From Candidatus Bathyarchaeota archaeon (GTDB taxonomy: Archaea; Thermoproteota; Bathyarchaeia; 40CM-2-53-6): a stretch of 64,000 bases of DNA. The stretch lies in contig CAVSBL010000002.1 in the NCBI GenBank assembly GCA_963726255.1, forward strand, positions 1,696,001-1,760,000. Direction: 5' to 3'. The notes beneath the pieces are model-generated. The model had not been told where the DNA came from, searched no databases, and saw only the letters and a list, made by a program, of their open reading frames with translations. Made by a program: the position numbers and the translations under genes. Shown here one piece after another: positions 50,095 to 59,987 of this stretch (positions within the stretch are counted from its first letter, which is position 1; every line of letters starts with the position of its first letter).

Positions 50095-50173
50095 TTCAAT
50101 TCACAATTCTGTATTTACTTTGCCAAGTCTGTCATGGTATTGAAGTCTCCATATTTAGTTCACCTTCTTCAGA

Positions 50174-51436
50174 TTAGCGCCGGGAAATTCTACTGTAAGC
50201 AAGTCCAACGGCGGCAATCACGAGAGTTACGGATATGAGAACTCCTACAAAGGGGAGGATGGCGAGTGAAATAGCTAGGGAAATCCATGGAAGAATTTTG
50301 CTTCTCCTACCTCCTCGGAGCAGCTTTACACCGGCAACAGAACCGACGACATAAATTACGACCGCAGCCCCGCTCGGAATAAGAAGCGCAGTCTCAAGGT
50401 CCACATTCAGGAAATAGAACGCTGCAATGACGGTGAGTGCAAGTCCCGAGAGGACGGCGAGTGAACGGCTTGGTGCTCCTGTTCTCTTGTCAAGATATAC
50501 CAGAAACTTCGGAAAACCACCATCTCTTGCAACTGAGTAAATGACTCTTGACATGCCGGTCATGTAGGCGTTTACTGTGCCGAATATGATGAAGACTGCA
50601 AGTATGGCCGTACCCGGGGCGCCATAGATTCCAAGGACGTTTGAAAGTATAGCCGCAAATGGCGCCACGCTCCCTCCCGCCTTGTAAGCGAGCGTACCCA
50701 CGGTCATGAACGCGACTGAAACGTATAGGGCGCTGACTATGACTACGCTAAGCAAAATGCTCCGGTGGAAATCCCGGTTCGGGTTCTCAAACTCCTCCGC
50801 CACGTTCGACACGTTCTCGTACCCAAGGTACGACCAGAAAATTAGAGCGGCAGAAACCCCTATCGGGATGAGGCCGTTGGGGAGAAAAGGAGAGAAGTTG
50901 CTGAAGTTCACTGAACGGAACGATGCGACCACGGTCGCTAGTAACAGCGTTACTATCGAAACCAACACTGCCAGCTGAATCTTGTTGCTTACCACTATTC
51001 CCCTGTAATTAATCGAGAAAGCAGTGAAGATTATCAAACCCGCGACTATGAAAATCTCCAGCCTGTTCATGGGAAATGCGAATGCCAAGTAAGAAGCAGC
51101 GATCAGTGTCACGGCAGGGGCGCCGGTTATGTACCACACTGCGAATAACCAGCCGGTCATGGAAGCAATGCTGTGCCCGAGGCTCTCTTTCGCGAATGAA
51201 TAGACTCCGCCTGACTCAGGCCTGCGGGCAGAGAGGGATGCAAAGGTGTAGGCGAAGGGATAGCTGGCTATGGAAAGGATAATCCATGCAACGAGTGAGC
51301 CGGGCCCCGCGATCTTCGCCGCAAGCCCGGGGAGTACGAGAACACCTGAACCCAGGACCGAGGTGACGTACAACGCAACCGCGTACCGGAGCGTAATAGC
51401 CTTGCGAAAGCCTTTACCCGAATCCTGCATGTTCAA
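50174..51436 (-). CDS. APC-family amino acid permease (YjeH-like)
   Basis: VLGSGV..LP, P.SGG.Y, FWSYLGYE....AEEF.NP.RD. Confidence 0.88.
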   Translation of the reverse strand: MNMQDSGKGFRKAITLRYAVALYVTSVLGSGVLVLPGLAAKIAGPGSLVAWIILSIASYPFAYTFASLSARRPESGGVYSFAKESLGHSIASMTGWLFAVWYITGAPAVTLIAASYLAFAFPMNRLEIFIVAGLIIFTAFSINYRGIVVSNKIQLAVLVSIVTLLLATVVASFRSVNFSNFSPFLPNGLIPIGVSAALIFWSYLGYENVSNVAEEFENPNRDFHRSILLSVVIVSALYVSVAFMTVGTLAYKAGGSVAPFAAILSNVLGIYGAPGTAILAVFIIFGTVNAYMTGMSRVIYSVARDGGFPKFLVYLDKRTGAPSRSLAVLSGLALTVIAAFYFLNVDLETALLIPSGAAVVIYVVGSVAGVKLLRGGRRSKILPWISLAISLAILPFVGVLISVTLVIAAVGLAYSRISRR

Positions 51437-51532
51437 ACACTAGCGAAGAGAAAATGTCCTCATTAAAGCGTTGCACAGGCTTGTGACTTCTCCTAGAAAT
51501 CACATGACACAAAGAGCACTCAGGCAAAACTC

Positions 51533-52312
51533 CTATCCCCTGAGAAGGCGACCTATCACGTGAACCGGCTTGGCGCATGCAACCGTTTCGATCTGCCTTA
51601 GACTTTCTTTAGTGACCGCGCAGAGGAGTACGGTAGCGGGCCCGGCTGATTTTTTCAAGTCAACATCTGGTGATTTCTCCAGCCTCACCAATAGTCTAGA
51701 CTCCTTTGCCAAAGCTTGTGCTTCGTGATAGATCCCATGAAACCCTACGGGAATCATTTCATGTACGAACGTTTCCTTTCGAATCTTGTACACATCACGT
51801 GTGTCAGCAAGTTTTCGATTTTTTTCTCCGTCCAGAACCTCTAGTCCCGCATGTGGCTCACCAATTGCAACGATTACATCTCGCGTCCTACATCGACCTA
51901 TCTTTAATGTGGAGGACGAGACGAGGCCGACTGCCGTCACCCCGATACCGGTTTGGCTAACTCGAACGTTCTTCTCGGAACTCCACAAGAATTGTAGGTT
52001 TCTGAGACCGGCATACCGAACCTCATCAAGGACTCCCTTAATGAGTTGGTTGCCGGTTGGCTCGGGCTCCACGCACAACGTCCCGGCCAAACTTATGGGC
52101 TCCGCACCTATGGAAAGGAGCTCCATTAGAGCGACCCGTGCAGTCATCTTGCCAACAATTCGCGGGTGAACTCTCACTATGTCATGTGGCTTTGAGCCAA
52201 TCCCGCCTGCCGCATCGCAACTCACAGCTAGCAATTGTCCTTTTTTCAGTCTAAGCAGTGTCAAGTCTCTCTTGGTATTGATCGGTGTCGACGCCGGGAA
52301 ATGCTTTGTCAC
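51533..52312 (-). CDS. cblS: Alpha-ribazole kinase (CblS-like, PurM/AIR-synthase fold); GTG 52312
   Basis: RDL......LAVSCD..GGIG.K..D, ARVALME....GA.P, SSE.N....QTG.GVT, E..PVG..GI..E, KSAGPAT. Confidence 0.8.
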   Translation of the reverse strand: MTKHFPASTPINTKRDLTLLRLKKGQLLAVSCDAAGGIGSKPHDIVRVHPRIVGKMTARVALMELLSIGAEPISLAGTLCVEPEPTGNQLIKGVLDEVRYAGLRNLQFLWSSEKNVRVSQTGIGVTAVGLVSSSTLKIGRCRTRDVIVAIGEPHAGLEVLDGEKNRKLADTRDVYKIRKETFVHEMIPVGFHGIYHEAQALAKESRLLVRLEKSPDVDLKKSAGPATVLLCAVTKESLRQIETVACAKPVHVIGRLLRG

Positions 52313-52782
52313 ATTCTCAGCCTTCTTTTCACCGCAATGTAGACGAAAGAAGCCAGTATGCCGTTGATACTTGCCGCGAGGAACAGGAATGGGGTGAAGC
52401 TTAGTGTTGCAGCCAACCCCAGCACTGGGATTGCCAATACAACTAGGACCGTGTTTATGGCGACACCTGTAGCAATAGCAGGAATCATGCTCCATTTGCG
52501 GTTAATGAAACCAATTGCCCAACCTGAAAGGGCGAGTCCCAAAGCGATTGGGAAATGCAGAATCCCTAGTGGAAAGCCGTTGATAATTGCCGTCGCCAAG
52601 TGACCCATTCCAGATACGCAGAACCCGTCCAAAGGCCCAAAGTACAAAGCGACGAAAAAGCCGGGGGCCGAATCAAAAGCCACTGTCGGAATTGGACCTG
52701 GAAGATGAATGAATGACCCTACTACCGATAATGCCGTGAACGTGGTGATCCTGGCGAGTTGAAAGGTCTTTGGCTTGTTCAT
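52309..52782 (-). CDS. cblT: ECF S-component, alpha-ribazole transporter (CblT-like)
   Basis: ALS.VG..I..P....TVAFDS.PGF, GHL.TA...GFPL...H; ATGTGA overlap with cblS. Confidence 0.8.
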   Translation of the reverse strand: MNKPKTFQLARITTFTALSVVGSFIHLPGPIPTVAFDSAPGFFVALYFGPLDGFCVSGMGHLATAIINGFPLGILHFPIALGLALSGWAIGFINRKWSMIPAIATGVAINTVLVVLAIPVLGLAATLSFTPFLFLAASINGILASFVYIAVKRRLRM

Positions 52783-52834
52783 TGATTCAGCTCTTCTCCC
52801 TCGTTAGCGCTGAATCTTGATTTGTTATTACGCA

Positions 52835-53470
52835 TCAACATTCCATTTTCGAGCACGCCGCCTCTGTCCGTCTCGGTTCTTTCCTAGCATGTTCCAATTC
52901 CTGAGGCGTGTTAACGTTGAGAACCGCATCACCCGATTCGATGATGAGTACTGCTTGGTCTAGTTCCCGTTCTCCAATGCGGCGTCCATCAATAATGTTA
53001 ATCCCGACTGCAACTAAATCGATGCCGTCAATCTTGAAGACGTATTGGGGTTTGGAACCTAGCTTTTCGTAGACTTCACGTCTTGTCATGACAGCCAGAG
53101 TAGGCTTTCCGGATCTGTAATACTGTTCTACCACCTTCTCAACTAGCTCAGCGGTGATGAAGGGAAGGTCTGCCGAAACAACCAGAACATCCTCGAGCGA
53201 GAGTGCCTTAATCGCAAAACGCATGTCTTCTTCAAAGCCGTCACCCGGCGTGATTACGAGTTCAGCACCCAACCTCTGGGCCTCGAGAGCTGAGGCGGGT
53301 GTGTCGTCGGTCGCGGCTACAACTATTCGGTCTCCAACGGATGATTGCCTGATCACTTCGACTACTCGTTCCAACATGGACTTACCCGCAACTTTCAGCA
53401 ATGCCTTCTCGACGTTGCCTCCCATGCGCGTCGCTTTGCCCCCAGCCATAACAAGAGCAGACAGCGTCAT
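52835..53470 (-). CDS. cobY: Adenosylcobinamide-phosphate guanylyltransferase (CobY-like NTP transferase)
   Basis: ALVMAGGK.TRM...EK, SADLP, GINI, NVNT..EL; coupled to cobS. Confidence 0.85.
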   Translation of the reverse strand: MTLSALVMAGGKATRMGGNVEKALLKVAGKSMLERVVEVIRQSSVGDRIVVAATDDTPASALEAQRLGAELVITPGDGFEEDMRFAIKALSLEDVLVVSADLPFITAELVEKVVEQYYRSGKPTLAVMTRREVYEKLGSKPQYVFKIDGIDLVAVGINIIDGRRIGERELDQAVLIIESGDAVLNVNTPQELEHARKEPRRTEAACSKMEC

Positions 53471-54225
53471 TTCAGGAACACCAAAACAAGCAGGAGCGAA
53501 ATAACTCGAGAGACTTCATTGGTTGCGCCCATTACGTCGCCTGTAATGCCGCCAAAGTGTCGTTTCGAAATTACGACCATCGCTCCGCCAGTGAGCACCG
53601 CACCAATAGTTAGAGCTAAGCCCGATGCTCCTAGAGAAAATATCGAAACGGCGGCAAGAATTACGAATGAAAGGCTTAGTCGGAAACCACGTTGCGCATG
53701 CATAGCTTCGACGAAAGCTGTGTTCATACCTTTGTGCGCGGATTTACTTACCGCCGTGGCGAAGACCATTGAGAATTTAGCGGCTACTTCACAGGCGACC
53801 AGGGCGACCACGATGAGGTGGTGTGGTATTGCAGCGATGGCGAAAGCAGTCGTAGATAGAACGACGAAACCTAAGGAAAGCCCCCCAGCACCAGTCGCAG
53901 GATCACGCATGACTCGCAACTTCTCCTTTGCCGACCCATGGCACATAGCCCCATCCCCAAAATCCAGTAAGCCGTCCACATGTTGTACACCATTAACCAG
54001 AAGAAGACAACCCAAGCCAACCATCCCCGCAACGAGCGGAGGGAAGAACAACTGAAACACCCACACGACCACGCCAACCAAGAAACCAACACCGGCACCG
54101 ATCAGAGGGAAAATCGGCATGTACAAGGCCGCCTGATTGAGCCCATCCTCGTCCATTCCAACGGGAAATATAGTCAAGAAGGCTACGGAATTTTTCAGGC
54201 CACCTAGCACGCTCAAGACGCTCAT
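53467..54225 (-). CDS. cobS: Adenosylcobinamide-GDP ribazoletransferase (cobamide synthase)
   Basis: FLT.FP, G..H.DGL.DFGD, MRD...GA.G, FGG.TGDV.GA..E. Confidence 0.95.
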   Translation of the reverse strand: MSVLSVLGGLKNSVAFLTIFPVGMDEDGLNQAALYMPIFPLIGAGVGFLVGVVVWVFQLFFPPLVAGMVGLGCLLLVNGVQHVDGLLDFGDGAMCHGSAKEKLRVMRDPATGAGGLSLGFVVLSTTAFAIAAIPHHLIVVALVACEVAAKFSMVFATAVSKSAHKGMNTAFVEAMHAQRGFRLSLSFVILAAVSIFSLGASGLALTIGAVLTGGAMVVISKRHFGGITGDVMGATNEVSRVISLLLVLVFLK

Positions 54226-54716
54226 CTTGCACCTTGTCTAAGAGCGTAAGTGTACATATTCGAAGAACACCCAGCTATGAGACCGCCGACAGCGTCATTT
54301 GTTATCGGCCCCAGTTTTGCTAAGATACCTGGCTTATTTTGGTCGAAGCGAACGAACTCGAAGATGCCCTTCGCACCCGCGATGTAGTTCGCAATCGTCA
54401 TCCCTAGAAGTTCATCCGTCACAAGTCCCGGACGACCCATGAACCTCTCCTTTGTGAGGTTCGGAATCAGCCCAGCCTTTGCGTCTTCTTCAGCGCGGTA
54501 GCATGCTACAACCAGCGTAGACACGTTGACATCTACCAGGGCATCCTTGAATTCGTTCAGAATAATCGCAGTCGCTTTTTCTTTATTCTCGACACCTGGG
54601 TGCGGGACAAAGAGCTCCAGCGCTGTTTCGACTAAGTCCACTAATTTTACGCCCCTTTCCTCTAAGTATCGAAGGAGCGGCGGATTCCCGATTCTTTCGG
54701 CACTGATCTCTGGCAT
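54222..54716 (-). CDS. cobZ: Alpha-ribazole phosphatase, PgpA-like archaeal CobZ (ATG 54716)
   Basis: L.D.NV..L, DELLG..IA.YIAG.KG.FEF.RFD..KPGIL..LGP. Confidence 0.85.
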   Translation of the reverse strand: MPEISAERIGNPPLLRYLEERGVKLVDLVETALELFVPHPGVENKEKATAIILNEFKDALVDVNVSTLVVACYRAEEDAKAGLIPNLTKERFMGRPGLVTDELLGMTIANYIAGAKGIFEFVRFDQNKPGILAKLGPITNDAVGGLIAGCSSNMYTYALRQGAR

Positions 54717-54775
54717 TTCGATGCACCGACAGTGCCTTATGCAGTGGTTGGATAATCCAACCAAGGTCCAATCCG

Positions 54776-55369
54776 TTGCTTCAAGGTCTGCGATTCAGCT
54801 CGAAACAAATCGCCCTGATTTCGACATTTATCGCTATTGGTGCCGTCGTCCGGCTTGTTGTGGACGGAGTTGGCGCATTGTTACCGGAGCCAGTGTTTGG
54901 TGCGCTAATCAAGGTTGGTATGAGCGAAACTCTAAGTTTCGTGGGCGGATTCGTTTACGGTCCCATTGTGGGTTTCATCATAGGATTCATGATAATACTC
55001 CTGTCCGACATCGCGGGTCCTTATGGCCCGGGCGCTTGGACGCCTTTCATCGCCGCCATCATTGGTTTCGTTGGAGTATGCGCGGGATTCATACGATATA
55101 TTCGTCCACGACCGACAGCACTTATGATGGGCGTTTCCGCCACAGCGCTAACGTTACTCAGCGAGTTCCTCCAGAACGCATGGGTTTCTGTGTTCTATAA
55201 TGTGCCATTAGCAGTAACTATGATTACTGGACTTCCCAGCATGACCGCCGCTTTGGCAAATAACATAGTTCTCTTTCCAACGGTCGGAATGAAAACGATC
55301 AGATTTATTCAGGAACATGGGCTCAACCTGCCGGAACCGAAACCAGTTCAGAGTAAAGTTGGCGACTGA
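54776..55369 (+). CDS. ECF S-component, CbrT-like (corrinoid uptake candidate)
   Basis: IAL...F.A....R, G...GP..G, G.G.WTPF motif; divergent from cobZ. Confidence 0.7.
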   Translation: MLQGLRFSSKQIALISTFIAIGAVVRLVVDGVGALLPEPVFGALIKVGMSETLSFVGGFVYGPIVGFIIGFMIILLSDIAGPYGPGAWTPFIAAIIGFVGVCAGFIRYIRPRPTALMMGVSATALTLLSEFLQNAWVSVFYNVPLAVTMITGLPSMTAALANNIVLFPTVGMKTIRFIQEHGLNLPEPKPVQSKVGD

Positions 55370-55497
55370 ACAGTGTTGTTAGGCATACGTCATACCCAGA
55401 ATACGACATGAGCGCCACATCATCCCATGCTACAACCTAGGAATTGGGCGCCAATCAACACGCTACCTTTAGCACTTTTCTCAGTGTTCGACGCCGC

Positions 55498-56745
55498 TCA
55501 GTCTGTTTCGAGTAGAAGTAGTTTGGGATCTTCCAAATATTGCTTGATTGCGTTCATGAATTGGGCGGCCATGGCTCCGTCTAGGACGCGGTGGTCGAAT
55601 GAGACTGATAGGTAAGTCATGTCTCGGATTATGATTTGGTTGTCCTTTACGACGGGGCGCTTAGTGATCTTGTGGACTCCTAGAATTGCAACTTCGGGGT
55701 AGTTGATGATTGGTGTGGCGAAGACGCCGCCGATTCCGCCAACATTCGTAACCGTAAACGTGCTTCCTTGAATCTCGTCCAGGGTTAACTGTCCTGCTCG
55801 CGCTTTCTCGCTGAGTTTGGAGATTTCCTCTGCGAGTTGTGTGATCGATTTGTGTTCAGCTCCTTTGACGACTGGGACTACGAGGCCTTGCTCGGTGTCG
55901 GTGGCGATTCCAATATTGTAGTACTTCTTGAGCACAATCTCCTGCTTCTCGTCGTCTAGACTGGCGTTGAGGTACGGGTACTTCTTCAGGGCCGATACGA
56001 GGGCTTTGATGATGAATGGCAGGTAGGTGAGTTTTATTCCCCGTTTCTCAGCTGAAGCCTTAGCCTTCTCCCGCAAGTGGACAACCTCACTCATATCGAC
56101 CTCGTCTACGTGCGTGACTTGTGCGGTGCTGTCCCTCGACTTCACCATGTGCTCGGCAACCTTTCGCCGTATTCCCCGCATTGGGACGCGTTCCTCTACG
56201 CCGCGCGGCCCCGCGACAGTGACGGCTACTGCTGCGACTCCCTTTCCAACAGCCTTGAACCGCCTCACATCGTCGTCTGTGATTCTGCCGCCTGGTCCGG
56301 TTCCTTGAACGGTTGCGAGATCAACCCCTAAATCCCTCGCGAGTTTTCGGGTTGCTGGGGTTGCTAGGATCTCTTGCGCCTTCTTCGGGACCATTGCAAC
56401 GGGTGCAGGCGATGGAATGGGACCGGTCACCTTTGGCGCGACGGCTGCGGTGGTCTTCGCGGCTGTTGGTGTTGGTGCAACGGCCGTGGGGGCGGAACCT
56501 TGCTCTCCCTTTTCACCTATTACGAGAAGAACTTGGCCCACCTTGACCGTTCCGCCCTCCTTGGCCATGAGCTTTAGCACCGTTCCCTTCCTCGGCGATG
56601 GGATTTCGACATTGACTTTATCGGTCATTATTTCGACGAGCGGCTGGTTCTCGTTGACCTCGGCGCCTTCCTTCACGAGCCATTTTACTACTTCGCCCTC
56701 AGCGACCCCTTCGCCTATGTCTGGGAGACGGAATTCAAAGGGCAT
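55498..56745 (-). CDS. 2-oxoacid dehydrogenase E2 (dihydrolipoamide acyltransferase)
   Basis: Lipoyl domain LPDIGEG..EI.TDKV, E3-binding ATPATR.LA..LG, catalytic FDHRVLDG. Confidence 0.96.
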   Translation of the reverse strand: MPFEFRLPDIGEGVAEGEVVKWLVKEGAEVNENQPLVEIMTDKVNVEIPSPRKGTVLKLMAKEGGTVKVGQVLLVIGEKGEQGSAPTAVAPTPTAAKTTAAVAPKVTGPIPSPAPVAMVPKKAQEILATPATRKLARDLGVDLATVQGTGPGGRITDDDVRRFKAVGKGVAAVAVTVAGPRGVEERVPMRGIRRKVAEHMVKSRDSTAQVTHVDEVDMSEVVHLREKAKASAEKRGIKLTYLPFIIKALVSALKKYPYLNASLDDEKQEIVLKKYYNIGIATDTEQGLVVPVVKGAEHKSITQLAEEISKLSEKARAGQLTLDEIQGSTFTVTNVGGIGGVFATPIINYPEVAILGVHKITKRPVVKDNQIIIRDMTYLSVSFDHRVLDGAMAAQFMNAIKQYLEDPKLLLLETD

Positions 56746-56767
56746 CTTACATCAACTTAGGACTTGT

Positions 56768-57742
56768 TTAGAAGTTGTGAACTTTCTCAATCGCGTTCAG
56801 CACGCGGTTAGCGTTCGGCATGTATTCTTCTTCCAAAGCGTACGGAAATGGAACATCGAAACCGGCGACGCGAACAATAGGTGCCTCCAAGTGTAAGAGA
56901 CCCCGCTCAGCAATCTGTGCAGCAACCTCCGCCCCGAACCCACAGGTCTTGCATGCCTCGTGCAAAATGACTACCCGGCCAGTCTTCTTGACGGAGCTCA
57001 GGATTGTTTCAATATCGAATGGCATCAGAGTCCTGATGTCGACAACTTCAACGCCAATCCCCTTGGCTGCGGCCAATTCAGCCGCTTCCATAGCAACGTG
57101 TAACATTGCACCGTAAACGAAGACCACGACGTCATCACCTTCGCGCGTAACGTTCGCTTTGCCTATGGGGATAGTGTAATCTTCGTCGGGAACTTCGCCG
57201 CGGACTGTTCGGTAAATCTTCTTGGGCTCAAGAAAGATGACGGGGTCCGGGTCGCGCAGGGCTGAGGTAAGGAGGCCTTTAGTGTCGTACGGTGTGGCGG
57301 GGATGACTACCTTGAGGCCTGGGGTGTGTGTGAAGAACGCTTCAGTGCTTTGGGAATGGTAGTGGCTGCCCTTTATGCCGCCACCATAAGGTGTCCGGAT
57401 TAAAACGGGCGTCGTGAAATGGCCTCCAGATCGGTACCTAAACTTGGAGAGTTCGCTTTCGATCTGGTCGAACGCTGGGTAAATGAAGTCCATGAATTGA
57501 ATCTCTGGGACGGGCTTAAGCCCGTACAACGCCATGCCGATCGAAACGCCGATAATCCCCGACTCCGCTAGAGGGGTGTCTATGACGCGGTTCGGCCCGA
57601 ACTCTTGGAATAATCCTTCCGTGGCTCGGAAAACGCCTCCGTTGACTCCCACATCCTCGCCTAGTATCACAATCTTGTCGTTCCGCTTCATCTCATCTCG
57701 AAGTGTATGGTTTACAGCCTGAACGATGTTGAGAAGCGCCAT
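56768..57742 (-). CDS. 2-oxoacid dehydrogenase E1 beta (branched-chain-type likely)
   Basis: GEDVG..GGVFRAT, DTPLAE, EIQF.DF, HYHSQS. Confidence 0.96.
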   Translation of the reverse strand: MALLNIVQAVNHTLRDEMKRNDKIVILGEDVGVNGGVFRATEGLFQEFGPNRVIDTPLAESGIIGVSIGMALYGLKPVPEIQFMDFIYPAFDQIESELSKFRYRSGGHFTTPVLIRTPYGGGIKGSHYHSQSTEAFFTHTPGLKVVIPATPYDTKGLLTSALRDPDPVIFLEPKKIYRTVRGEVPDEDYTIPIGKANVTREGDDVVVFVYGAMLHVAMEAAELAAAKGIGVEVVDIRTLMPFDIETILSSVKKTGRVVILHEACKTCGFGAEVAAQIAERGLLHLEAPIVRVAGFDVPFPYALEEEYMPNANRVLNAIEKVHNF

Positions 57743-57745
57743 AAG

Positions 57746-58828
57746 CTACGCCTTCTCCTCCTTCTCTTCGCGAAGTTCACGAAGCTGTTCCTCAAGGTGC
57801 CACGGCATCTCGGCGTATACGTCCGTGAAGAGCGTCTCCAGAGCCGGCCGCGGCAACTTCTCGGCGTAAGCGACCGCTTCGTCTAATTCACGGTTAGCGT
57901 CCTCTTGCGCTTTCTTCTCGTCAGCTTCGCTCCAAATGCGCTTCTTCTCCAAGTACCTTCGGAACCTGACGAGTGGGTCGCGTTTCTGCCATTCCTCCAA
58001 TTCCGCCTGAGCCCGGTAACGTTTCGGGTCGTCAGAGGACGAGTGTGCCCCCATACGGTAGGTGACGGCTTCGATCAAAGTTGGCCCGCCACCCTTCCGC
58101 GCCTTGTCCACAGCTTCCTTCGTGGTTCGATAAACGGCTAGAATATCATTCCCGTCCACGCGTACGCCTTCGAAACCGTACGCTTGCGCTTTGATGGCTA
58201 TGGTTTCAGAGGCTGTCTGTCTTTCAACTGGGACGGAGATTGCCCAATGGTTGTTCTGGCAGAAGAAGACCGTCGGCGTCTTGTAAACGCCGGCAAAGTT
58301 CATGCCGGTGTGGAAATCATTCTCAGAGGTCGCCCCATCACCAAAGTAAGCCATAGTAACAATCGGGTCACCCCTCAGCTTCGCAGCCAAGGCCGCACCC
58401 ACCGCGTGTGGAATCTGAGTTGCTATGGGCGCAGAACCGGAAACGTAATTTGCGGATTTCAGGCCGAACAGGTTCGTGAGCTGTCGCCCTTTCTGAACGT
58501 CTTCCGCGTTGGCGAAATACTGATTCAGGAGTTGCTTGAGGGTAATGCCCCGAAGAAGCATTGAGCCTATCTCCCTGTAAGCTGGGAAAATCCAGTCCTC
58601 AGGGTTCAGCGCGTAAGCGCTTCCAACGTGTGCCGCTTCCTGCCCCATGCCGCCTATGAAGAAACCGATTCTACCTGACCGCTGGAGCTGAAGGCCGCGA
58701 ATATCCAAACTCCTAGCCAGAACCATAGTTCGGTAGAGTCGGCGTAACTCGTCTTTCGAAATTTCCGGCTCCATCTTCTCAACATACTCGCCGGTGGGCT
58801 TGATGACCTGCAGTAGCTCAAGGCTCAA
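57746..58828 (-). CDS. 2-oxoacid dehydrogenase E1 alpha (branched-chain-type likely)
   Basis: GQEA, ThDP motif GDGATSE...QNN, DGND, YR.GAHSSSDD. Confidence 0.96.
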   Translation of the reverse strand: MSLELLQVIKPTGEYVEKMEPEISKDELRRLYRTMVLARSLDIRGLQLQRSGRIGFFIGGMGQEAAHVGSAYALNPEDWIFPAYREIGSMLLRGITLKQLLNQYFANAEDVQKGRQLTNLFGLKSANYVSGSAPIATQIPHAVGAALAAKLRGDPIVTMAYFGDGATSENDFHTGMNFAGVYKTPTVFFCQNNHWAISVPVERQTASETIAIKAQAYGFEGVRVDGNDILAVYRTTKEAVDKARKGGGPTLIEAVTYRMGAHSSSDDPKRYRAQAELEEWQKRDPLVRFRRYLEKKRIWSEADEKKAQEDANRELDEAVAYAEKLPRPALETLFTDVYAEMPWHLEEQLRELREEKEEKA

Positions 58829-58945
58829 ACTCTAACCCTCTTGTGAGGTTGCCGGAAACGAACGAAAAAGCAGGTTTAGCCCTGTTAAATCTTGCCCTTT
58901 AGGCTACGGCGACTTGAAAGCAGATTGCTTCGGCGCTGTCAAGAA

Positions 58946-59878
58946 TCAATTGGAACGTTCCAGTCTCTTCTTGCGAATAAGTGCTTCAACAAAGAATTCC
59001 CCCGCCCTGTACGAGCTGCGAACAAACGGGCCTGAAGCCACGTACAAGAATCCCAGCTCCTCAGCCAAGCCCTTGTAGTAGTCGAATCCTTCCGGGCTCA
59101 CGTATTCATTGACAGGGATATGTCCCTTGGACGGCCGGAGGTATTGGCCCAAAGTCAAGATGTCCACATCTACTTCCCTGAGGTCTCTCATCGTCTTAAC
59201 AAGGTCACCCTCTGCCTCGCCTAGGCCGAGCATGATAGACGATTTCGAGTAGAGTCCCGCATTCAGGTCCTTGATGCCCCTCAGAACCCGCAGGGACTGC
59301 TTGTAGGTTGCTCTAGCATCACGAACCTTGGGTGTCAGCGGCTCAGTCGTCTCTATGTTATGGGCTACGACTTCGGGGCCGGCCCCAACAATTTTCCTCA
59401 CGTTCTCTAGGTTGCCTTGGAAATCTGGAATTAGAACTTCCGTGATTACGTTCGGGTCGTGCTGCTTGATGGCCTTTATTGTTGACGCGAAGTGACTTGC
59501 GCCGCCGTCGGGAAGGTCGTCGCGGTCTACGGAGGTTACCACCACGTACTTCAAGCCAAGGTCGGCGACCGTCTTAGCCACCTTTACAGGCTCGAACACG
59601 TCCAGTACCTCGTGCGGGTTTCCGCTCTTGACCATGCAAAACCTGCAACCCCGCGTGCAAGTGTCACCCATCAGCATGAAGGTCGCTGTCCCGCCGCCCC
59701 AACACTCCGCCATGTTGGGACAGTGTGCCTCTTCACACACTGTGTGAAGATTGTGGGTTCGAAGTTTGTTCTTGATCCTCTCGTAATTCTGCCCCGTCGG
59801 ATACTTCACACGTAACCACTCAGGCTTCGCGGCCACCTGAGTTTCTTGGATTTGCAAAACGTGTGAATACCGAGGCAT
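58946..59878 (-). CDS. lipA: Lipoyl synthase
   Basis: CEEAHCPN..EC, CTRGCRFC, TSVDRDDL, HNIET, VRSSY. Confidence 0.97.
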   Translation of the reverse strand: MPRYSHVLQIQETQVAAKPEWLRVKYPTGQNYERIKNKLRTHNLHTVCEEAHCPNMAECWGGGTATFMLMGDTCTRGCRFCMVKSGNPHEVLDVFEPVKVAKTVADLGLKYVVVTSVDRDDLPDGGASHFASTIKAIKQHDPNVITEVLIPDFQGNLENVRKIVGAGPEVVAHNIETTEPLTPKVRDARATYKQSLRVLRGIKDLNAGLYSKSSIMLGLGEAEGDLVKTMRDLREVDVDILTLGQYLRPSKGHIPVNEYVSPEGFDYYKGLAEELGFLYVASGPFVRSSYRAGEFFVEALIRKKRLERSN

Positions 59879-59987
59879 GACAAACCCAGATAGGAAGCTA
59901 GGGCGAATCCGCCCTTTTGACCTTTACCTTCGATTACTTCCTAGTTCTTAGCGCTCTACGTTGCCTCTCGAGGTCAACTGGCTAAGG

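Noticed and set aside
54717-54775. Cobalamin riboswitch upstream of the cob genes
   Set aside because: The divergent spacer is only about 60 bp and no B12-box was recognised
53345-55200. Long antisense ORFs (53345-54055, 54526-55200) and similar shadow ORFs across the window
   Set aside because: They overlap well-supported genes on the opposite strand or in another frame and show no family motifs
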